NCBI GenBank assembly: GCA_035285125.1
Contig: JAYKHR010000131.1
Coordinates: forward strand, 1-30,694
From: Candidatus Sericytochromatia bacterium
Lineage (GTDB): Bacteria; Cyanobacteriota; Sericytochromatia; S15B-MN24; JAQBPE01
Direction: 5' to 3'
DNA length: 30,694 bases
Made by a program: the position numbers and the translations under genes. Positions 24,434 through 30,694 of the stretch are shown piece after piece; positions within the stretch are counted from its first letter, which is position 1; each line of letters begins with the position of its first letter. Under the pieces are notes generated by a model. That model was not told the DNA's origin. It saw only the letters and a program-made list of their open reading frames with translations, and did no database searches.

Positions 24434-25792
24434 TCAGAACCCGAACCAGCCGCGCAGCACGTCTCCGAGCCGCTGCATGGCGTTGAGGGGCTCGCCCGTC
24501 TCGACCCGCAGCGCGTGCGGGGGCGTCGAGTTGGCGGGGTACACCACCCGGACGCGCACCGAGGTGGCCTCGCCGGGCGCCAGCTTGATCGTCGTCAGGG
24601 GGACGGTGGCCACCTCTCCGGCCCTCTGGCTGACGTGCACGTGCTCTGTCCGCGTGCGCCCGGCGGCGTCCGTCACGTCGATCGCGATGGCGCCGCGGAA
24701 CACGCGCGAGAGCTGCGGCAGGGGCTTGCCGGGGGAGTCGAAGTACAGCCGCACCTCGCGAGGCTGCTGGCTGTCGTTGCGCAGCGGAAGCGCGAGGTCG
24801 TAGGTCACGCCGTAGTTGCCGTGCGCGGCGTAGGCCGTGTCTCCGTAGCGGCGGGCGAGCGGCGCGGCCTGGTCCTGGCCCGTGCCGAGCGTGTTGCTGC
24901 GCTTGCCCACCAGCACCCAGCTCTTGCTGTCGGCTTGGTCCGTGACGCGGAAGGCCTCGCCGTCCGTCGTCAGGCTGCCGCGCCAGGCGGCCCCTGTCTG
25001 CACGCCGGCCACGCGGCCGAAGATCAGCTGGCCGGGGGCCCCGGGCTGTGTGGCGATCGGGTCGTGCGAGCTGCGGGGCATGAGGTCCCCGGCGTCGAGC
25101 CGACGCTTGACGGAGGCGGCCGTCGGCGGGGCGTCCTCGATCACGACGGCGCCGTTCACGGGCCCCTCGGTCGTGAACCGGAAGGCGCCCGTCCCCTCGT
25201 TGCCGGGCGGCAGCCGCAGGGCGTGCACGACGCGCGTCTCGCCGGGCGCCAGCACGACCTCATCGGCTTTGATGGCGCGGCCGCCGCGCAGGAAGTCCAT
25301 CGCCGTCTTGTCGCCAGGCCCGCTGGCGCGCATCCCCCAAGGGTCGGGGGCGGGCACGGGGCCGTGGTCGCGGTAGGGGGCCTGGTTGGTGATGGTGGCT
25401 GCGGAGGGCCCGACCTTCACCCGCACGGGCGCGGTGCCCGGGTTGTGCAGCACCAGGGCCTGGAACAGGTCCCGCTCCGAGCGGTTCTGGTGGTGGGTGA
25501 AGACCTCGAACGGGCCCATGAAGGGGTAGTTCAGGTGCGAGGCGCCGGCCCCGGGCAGGGTGGAGACGATGACGCCGGGCCCGTAGACGATCTCGGGGTG
25601 GTTCGAGTTGAGCACGGGCACCTGGTCGAGGCCGCCCGGCAGCGGCTGCACGCCGTTGAGGCCCGTCGTCAGGGTGAGCGCGTCGCCTGCCCGGGGCGCG
25701 GAGGCCGCAGGCGGCGGGGCCGCCGGCGGCGCGCCGGACGGCACGGGCGGGAGGCCAGCGGGCTTGTTCGAACCATTGGGGCGGATCGACAT
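24434..25792 (-). CDS. DUF3370 family protein, 452 aa
   Basis: PLPGGLDQVPVLNSNHPE, GRVAGV, GTGQDQ, TAYAAHGNYGVTYDLALPLRN and YPANSTPP match the cyanobacterial DUF3370 pattern as I recall it. GAGGAG RBS. Confidence 0.85.
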   Translation of the reverse strand: MSIRPNGSNKPAGLPPVPSGAPPAAPPPAASAPRAGDALTLTTGLNGVQPLPGGLDQVPVLNSNHPEIVYGPGVIVSTLPGAGASHLNYPFMGPFEVFTHHQNRSERDLFQALVLHNPGTAPVRVKVGPSAATITNQAPYRDHGPVPAPDPWGMRASGPGDKTAMDFLRGGRAIKADEVVLAPGETRVVHALRLPPGNEGTGAFRFTTEGPVNGAVVIEDAPPTAASVKRRLDAGDLMPRSSHDPIATQPGAPGQLIFGRVAGVQTGAAWRGSLTTDGEAFRVTDQADSKSWVLVGKRSNTLGTGQDQAAPLARRYGDTAYAAHGNYGVTYDLALPLRNDSQQPREVRLYFDSPGKPLPQLSRVFRGAIAIDVTDAAGRTRTEHVHVSQRAGEVATVPLTTIKLAPGEATSVRVRVVYPANSTPPHALRVETGEPLNAMQRLGDVLRGWFGF

Positions 25793-25834
25793 CGGGGCTC
25801 CTCAGCGGGGTGCAACGGGCTTGCCATCTATTGT

Positions 25835-25896
25835 ATTCCCGGAACGAGTTTCACGGAGGTTTCAGCCCGTTCGCCACCAGGTTAACGGCTGATTAA
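25835..25896 (-). promoter_or_regulatory. Phased direct-repeat promoter element (complete form)
   Basis: Minus strand: TTAATC-N5-TTAACC-N16-GAAACC-N5-GAAACT-N6-GGGAAT. Confidence 0.7.
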
Positions 25897-25948
25897 TAAT
25901 GTGCCCAGATCACGGTTTATGAAACCTTGAGGCAAGGGGGCCAACTTT

Positions 25949-25977
25949 GGAACCGCGCTGGAACGCCACGCGGCGAT
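25949..25977 (+). promoter_or_regulatory. Phased direct-repeat promoter element (proximal half)
   Basis: GGAACC-N5-GGAACG-N6-GGCGATGAC. Compare GGAACC-N5-GGAATG-N6-GGGGATGAC at 1463-1432. Confidence 0.6.
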
Positions 25978-26015
25978 GACGGTGGGGAAGGCCCCCACAC
26001 CGGACGACACGCCCC

Positions 26016-27311
26016 ATGCCCCTCCCAACTATCAACGCTGCCCCGCCCCTCGCGGCCCCGCCCGCCCGGCGGCCGGAGGCCATCTTGCCTGCCGTCCACC
26101 CCGCGCTGCTGCGGCCCTGGGCCGCGGTGGCGGGCATCTTGCCCCTGCCGGGCGGGCTTGACCGCACGCCCGTCTTGAACTCGAACCACCCCGAGATCGT
26201 CCGGGCGCCGGGCATCGCCCTCTCGACCCTGGCCCGCGTCGGCCCTGCCCACCTCGACCGCGCCTTCGAGGGCCCGTTCGAGATCTTCAGCCACCATGTC
26301 AACGGCACGGGCCGGGACCTGCACCAGGCCATCGTGCTGCACAACGACGGCGAGCGGCCCGTCACCGTCACGCTCGGGCCCTCGGCCGTGCGGCTTGGCC
26401 TGTACGCCCTCTTCTTTCGGCTGCGCGGCCCCCTCGACGCCGTCCTCAAGGCCATCTTGCGCGACCGCGACGCCGTGATGGGCCCTGGCCCCGCCGTGGC
26501 CGAGGCCCTGCTGGCGGGCCGCCGCCAGCGGCCCGAGCCCGCGCTCGTGGTGCCCCCCGGCCAGACCGTCGTGCTCGACGCCCGCAGGCTCGCCCCGTGG
26601 GCCGTGGCGAGCAGCAAGTGGCAGCTCGCGAGCGATGGCCCCGTGCGCGCCGCCGTGCTCTTCGACGCCGGCCCGCTCGACGCCCCGCGCGCGGACGCCG
26701 TGCTGCGCCGGGGGCACCTCGCCGGCCGCAACCCCACGGACCTCGCCCCCACGCCACCGGGCGACACGGGCGGGCGCTTCATCTTCGGCCGCGTGGCCGG
26801 CATCCAGGCCGGCGCGACGTGGCGCGGCACGCTCGGGTCGCGGCCCGGCGAGCCGGGCGTCGTGCTTGGCGAGGCCCCGCAGGACCTCGCCTGGCCCATC
26901 GCGACCAAGCGGGGGCACCTGCTCGGCACTGGCCAGGACCAGACGGCCCCCATCGTGAGCCGGCTCTACGACGCCGCCTACGCCGCCCACGGCAACTACG
27001 GCGTCACCTACGACCTCGCGCTGCCGCTGCGCAACGCGACGGCCCGCCCGCGCCGCGTGGAGCTGTGGCTCGACAGCCCCGAGCCGACGCCCGGCATGCC
27101 GCTGGCCTTCTCGGGGCCCGTGGAGGTCTCCTGGGTCGACGCTGCCGGCCGCGCCCACCGGGTGCTGAGCCGCCTGACCACCCGGCCCGAGCGCGGCGCC
27201 CGCGTCGCCACGCTGGAGGTGCCGGCCGGCCACACGCTGGACGCCCGCGTGCGGCTCGTCTACCCCGCGGACGCCACGCCCCCGCAGGTGCTGCGGCTGC
27301 GCGGGGCCTGA
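26016..27311 (+). CDS. DUF3370 family protein (second paralog), 431 aa
   Basis: Same motifs: PLPGGLDRTPVLNSNHPE, IFGRVAG, GTGQDQ, AYAAHGNYGVTYDLALPLRN, YPADATPPQVL. Confidence 0.85.
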   Translation: MPLPTINAAPPLAAPPARRPEAILPAVHPALLRPWAAVAGILPLPGGLDRTPVLNSNHPEIVRAPGIALSTLARVGPAHLDRAFEGPFEIFSHHVNGTGRDLHQAIVLHNDGERPVTVTLGPSAVRLGLYALFFRLRGPLDAVLKAILRDRDAVMGPGPAVAEALLAGRRQRPEPALVVPPGQTVVLDARRLAPWAVASSKWQLASDGPVRAAVLFDAGPLDAPRADAVLRRGHLAGRNPTDLAPTPPGDTGGRFIFGRVAGIQAGATWRGTLGSRPGEPGVVLGEAPQDLAWPIATKRGHLLGTGQDQTAPIVSRLYDAAYAAHGNYGVTYDLALPLRNATARPRRVELWLDSPEPTPGMPLAFSGPVEVSWVDAAGRAHRVLSRLTTRPERGARVATLEVPAGHTLDARVRLVYPADATPPQVLRLRGA

Positions 27312-27318
27312 CGGGCGT

Positions 27319-28143
27319 TCAGGCCAGCCGTTCGCGCCCCCAGCGGGTGGGCAGCCGCCGGGCAAGCCAGTCGAGCACCCGCCCGACGCGCGTCGCGCGC
27401 GCGTCGAGCCGGGCCTGGCCCGCCGGACCCTCGCGCCGCAGCGCCACGGCGTCGTCCCAGGCCTTCGCCCGCAGCCGGCTGATGGCCTGGCCCGCGAGCC
27501 ACTCGTCCACGGGGCCGAGGGCCGCGTCCAGGGCCCCCACGGCCGAGCCGCCCGGGGCCAGGAAGCGCGCCGCGAGGAGGTCCTGCACGCGGTCGACGTT
27601 GCGCCGCATGGTCTCGTTGAAGCGCATGTAGTCGGCCCGGTGGGCTGGCGTTGGGCCCGTGGCCGCCGCCGCCAGGGCGAGGTCGTGCGTGAGGTGGGCG
27701 TTCATGGCGAGCAGCACGTCGCCCATCACCGGCCCGTCGCCGGCCCTGGCGCGGTCCAGCGCCAGGAGCCAGGCGGCCGGGACCGCCGCGCGTTGGCCCG
27801 CGTCGTGGGCCTCGACCGCGTCGAGGTAGCGCTGGGCGAAGTCGAGCGCGAGCCGGGTCATCCAGGCCGGGTCGGCGTAGTAGCCCGGCTGCTGGACCTC
27901 GGCGGCCATGTCGCTCACCTGCATTGCGTAGACGGCGGCGAAGGCCGCCCGGTGGTCCTGCCGCGCCGCCAGGCTTGCCGCGAGGTCCGCCAGCGCCCGG
28001 GCTGCGGCCGCCAGGGTGGGGGCGGGGGGGCGACGGGTCGCGAGCCAGGCGTCGGGTCGGGGCGCGGCCGTCCGGGGGGCGGCCACAGGCCGAGCGCTGG
28101 AGGGCGCCAGGACGCGGGTGGGGCGCACGGCTGGGAGGGGCAT
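27319..28143 (-). CDS. DUF5995 family protein, 274 aa
   Basis: FAAVY...WMTRLALDFAQRYLDA...PAAW...MNAHLTHDLALA...DYMRFN. ATG at 28143 follows AGGAG. Confidence 0.8.
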   Translation of the reverse strand: MPLPAVRPTRVLAPSSARPVAAPRTAAPRPDAWLATRRPPAPTLAAAARALADLAASLAARQDHRAAFAAVYAMQVSDMAAEVQQPGYYADPAWMTRLALDFAQRYLDAVEAHDAGQRAAVPAAWLLALDRARAGDGPVMGDVLLAMNAHLTHDLALAAAATGPTPAHRADYMRFNETMRRNVDRVQDLLAARFLAPGGSAVGALDAALGPVDEWLAGQAISRLRAKAWDDAVALRREGPAGQARLDARATRVGRVLDWLARRLPTRWGRERLA

Positions 28144-28257
28144 CGGGGGCTCCTGGCGGGTGGGGGCACCCCCTTTGTCACCCGCTGCCCCAACGGGGTG
28201 CCAACACCTTGCCCCAGGCGCGGCCAAGATCAGGTTAAGCCGGCCTGAAGGGTCGGG

Positions 28258-29106
28258 TCAGATCAGGCCGCGCTTCACCCAGGAGGCCGGCACGGCCTGC
28301 CCGACGGCGTCGATGACGCGCGCGTTCCAGGTGGCGCGCCTGACGACGGGCGCGTAGGCAGGCTCCCCCCGCTGCGCGATCGCCATCGCGTGGCGCCAGG
28401 CCGTTGCCCGCCAGGCCGCGATCATGCGGCCGGCGAGCCACTCGTCGAGGGGTCCGGCCAGCTTGTCGAGCGTGCCCGCGATCGAGCCCCGCGGCCGCAG
28501 GTGGCCCTCCAGCAGGGCCTGCACGCCGTCGACGTTCGCCTTCAGGCAGGCGTTGAAGCGCTCGAAGTCCTTGCGGTGGCTCGGCTCGCCGCCCGTGGCC
28601 GCGACGCTGAGGGCGAGGTCGTGGTTGATGTGCGCGTTCATCGAGAGCATCAGCTCGTTCGTGACGGGGCCCCGGGCCTGGCGCGCGTGGTCGAAGGCCC
28701 GCAGCCAGGCCTCGGGCACGGCGGCCCGGTCGCCCTGCTCGTAGGCGTCGAAGGCGTCGAAGTAGCGCTGGGCAAAGTCCAGCGCCATGCGCGTCATCCA
28801 GGCCGGGTCGGCGTAGCGGCCGGGCACGGCGAGGTCGGCGGCCATGGCGCGGACCTGCATCTCGTAGATGGCGGGGAAGATCGCGCGGCGATCGCCCTGC
28901 GCCGCCAGCCGGCGCGAGAGCGCGCCCAGCTGGCCGATGGCGGCCTCCAGCGTGGCCGGCGGCGGCTCGCGCAGCGCGAGGAAGGCCGGTGGCTTCGGCG
29001 GGAGCGGGCTGAGCGCGCGGGCCTCCACGGGCACCAGCGCCGCCCGCGAGGAGGCGACGGCGCCGAGGCTGGGCGAACGACGCAACGAGCTGACAGGGGT
29101 CTGCAT
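28258..29106 (-). CDS. DUF5995 family protein (second paralog), 282 aa
   Basis: FPAIY...WMTRMALDFAQRYFDA...PEAW...MNAHINHDLALS...DFERFN, clearly homologous to its neighbour. Confidence 0.8.
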   Translation of the reverse strand: MQTPVSSLRRSPSLGAVASSRAALVPVEARALSPLPPKPPAFLALREPPPATLEAAIGQLGALSRRLAAQGDRRAIFPAIYEMQVRAMAADLAVPGRYADPAWMTRMALDFAQRYFDAFDAYEQGDRAAVPEAWLRAFDHARQARGPVTNELMLSMNAHINHDLALSVAATGGEPSHRKDFERFNACLKANVDGVQALLEGHLRPRGSIAGTLDKLAGPLDEWLAGRMIAAWRATAWRHAMAIAQRGEPAYAPVVRRATWNARVIDAVGQAVPASWVKRGLI

Positions 29107-29129
29107 GGCCAAGTTGTCGGGCGGGGCCA

Positions 29130-29167
29130 GGTTGTTCTTGCCAAAGAGGTAGTTAATGGTCAGTTAA
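29130..29167 (-). promoter_or_regulatory. TTAA-N7-TTAAC box upstream of the DUF5995 pair
   Basis: Minus strand: TTAACT-N5-TTAACT-N15-ACAACC. Confidence 0.6.
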
Positions 29168-29303
29168 GCATTCACGATGCTCTGCTTCGCGAGCAGGGTG
29201 CCCGGCCTGGGATGCCACGCGCCAGCAGGCCGCACGCCTAGGCCCCACCCGCCGACGCGGCAGCCTCGCGCCGGGTCCCGCCCCGATGCGGTACGCTGGG
29301 GCC

Positions 29304-30686
29304 ATGCTGCTCGACACCATCGCCGCCCTCGCCACCGCCGCCGGGCCTGCCAGCGTGGCCATCGTGCGCGTCTCGGGGCCCGAGGCCGTGGCCGTGGCCG
29401 AGCGCCTGTTCCGGAGCCCGGCTGGCCGGGTGCCCGCCGTGCCGCTCGGCGCCGCCGGCAGCCACCGGGCCCACGTCGGCTGGCTCGTCGACCCCACCAC
29501 CGAGGCGCGCGTCGATCAGGCGCTGGTGCTGGTCATGCGCGGGCCGCGCAGCTTCACGGGCGAGGACGTCGTCGAACTGCAGACCCACGGGGGCGCCGCC
29601 GCCACCCGGGTGCTGGAGCTGGTGCTGGCGCAGGGCGTGCGGCTCGCGGCGCCGGGTGAGTTCACCAAGCGGGCCTTCCTGCATGGCCGGCTCGACCTCG
29701 CGCAGGCCGAGGCCGTCGCCGACGTCGTGGACGCCCGCTCCGAGCGGGCGCTCTCGCTGGCGCTGGCCCAGCTGGAGGGCCGGCTGTCCCGTGACGTCGC
29801 CGCGACCCGTGCCGCCCTCGTGGGGCTGCTGGCGCGGTTGGAGGCGGCCATCGACTTCCCCGACGAGGTCGAGGACGTGGCGCCCGACGAGGCCGTGGCG
29901 CTGCTGACGGGGGCCCTTGGCGACGTGGGGGCCGTGCTCGCCACGGCGCACGAGGGGGAGGTCTTGCGGGAGGGGGTGGCGCTGGCGATCGTGGGGCGGC
30001 CGAACGCGGGCAAGTCGAGCCTGCTCAACGCGCTGGTGGGTCGCGAGCGCGCCATCGTGACGGCGGTGCCCGGCACCACGCGGGACGTGCTGGAGGAGGG
30101 GCTGGTGCTGGGCGGTGTGGCCTTCCGCGTGGCCGACACGGCGGGCATCCGCGAGACGGAGGACCCCGTGGAGGTGATCGGCGTCGCGCGGTCGCGCGCG
30201 GCGCTGGCGGCGGCCGGCGTGGTGCTGCTCGTGGTCGACCTCGTGGCGGGCGTGGGCGAGCTCGAGCTTGCCCTCGCGGCGGAGGCCGGCGGTCGGCCCC
30301 TCGTGGTGGTGGGCAACAAGCTCGACGCCTGGGGCGGGGAGGGCGACGCGGCGGGCGTGCTGGCGGGGCTCCCTGGCCGCCCCGTGCTGGTGTCGGCCGC
30401 CACGGGGGAGGGGCTGGCGGCGCTGCGGCGGCTGCTGCCTGAGGTGGCCCTCGCTGGCCTGGAGGCGCCCTCGCCCGTCGCCATCAACGCCCGGCACCGG
30501 CAGTGCCTGGCCCGGGCGCAGCGCCACCTGGCCGAGGCGCTCGGCTCGGCGCGGGCCTGGCTGCCCGCGGACTTCCTCGCCATCGACGTGAAGGCGGCGA
30601 TCGCGGCGCTGGGCGAGGTCACGGGCGACGCCATCACGGAGGACGTGATCGAGGAGGTGTTTCGGCGGTTCTGCGTGGGGAAGTGA
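29304..30686 (+). CDS. mnmE: tRNA uridine-34 modification GTPase MnmE (TrmE), 460 aa
   Basis: DTIAALAT, IVRVSG, PRSFTGEDVVE, PGEFTKRAFLHGRLDLAQAE, G1 GRPNAGKS, PGTTRD, DTAG, NKLD, C-terminal FCVGK. Confidence 0.97.
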   Translation: MLLDTIAALATAAGPASVAIVRVSGPEAVAVAERLFRSPAGRVPAVPLGAAGSHRAHVGWLVDPTTEARVDQALVLVMRGPRSFTGEDVVELQTHGGAAATRVLELVLAQGVRLAAPGEFTKRAFLHGRLDLAQAEAVADVVDARSERALSLALAQLEGRLSRDVAATRAALVGLLARLEAAIDFPDEVEDVAPDEAVALLTGALGDVGAVLATAHEGEVLREGVALAIVGRPNAGKSSLLNALVGRERAIVTAVPGTTRDVLEEGLVLGGVAFRVADTAGIRETEDPVEVIGVARSRAALAAAGVVLLVVDLVAGVGELELALAAEAGGRPLVVVGNKLDAWGGEGDAAGVLAGLPGRPVLVSAATGEGLAALRRLLPEVALAGLEAPSPVAINARHRQCLARAQRHLAEALGSARAWLPADFLAIDVKAAIAALGEVTGDAITEDVIEEVFRRFCVGK

Positions 30687-30694
30687 GGCGGCTG

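Noticed and set aside
28198..28214. Second sigma-54-like GG-N10-GC (GGCAAGGTGTTGGC)
   Set aside because: Lacks the TGGCAC and TTGC contexts; expected by chance at this GC content.

Overview
GC-rich bacterial window with about 19 genes and no recognisable rRNA, tRNA, CRISPR array or mobile element. Left to right: a peptidoglycan-binding/CHAP-like protein; a MalT-like STAND NTPase-TPR-SARP(BTAD) regulator; a hypothetical protein; a lipoprotein operon (GH15, FG-GAP propeller, CpcT-like lyase); bacterioferritin; four paralogous lipoproteins carrying an L-I-G/S-x-D-G/A-G-S/T octapeptide repeat, an Ig-like domain and NHL propellers (one split by a +1 frameshift); a secreted YihQ-like GH31; a LolA-like lipoprotein; paired DUF3370 genes; paired DUF5995 genes; and mnmE. 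Two signals stand out. First, a helically phased promoter architecture (TTAA-N7-TTAAC-N17-GRAACC-N5-GRAAY-N7-KGSNAY) is repeated wholly or partly upstream of up to eight transcription units, most encoding proteins with Pro/Ala/Ser-rich N-termini and no Sec signal. Second, the modular octapeptide-repeat NHL lipoprotein cluster. Gene content suggests (inference only) a non-photosynthetic cyanobacterial relative such as Ca. Sericytochromatia. All family calls come from motif recognition by eye, not from database searches.
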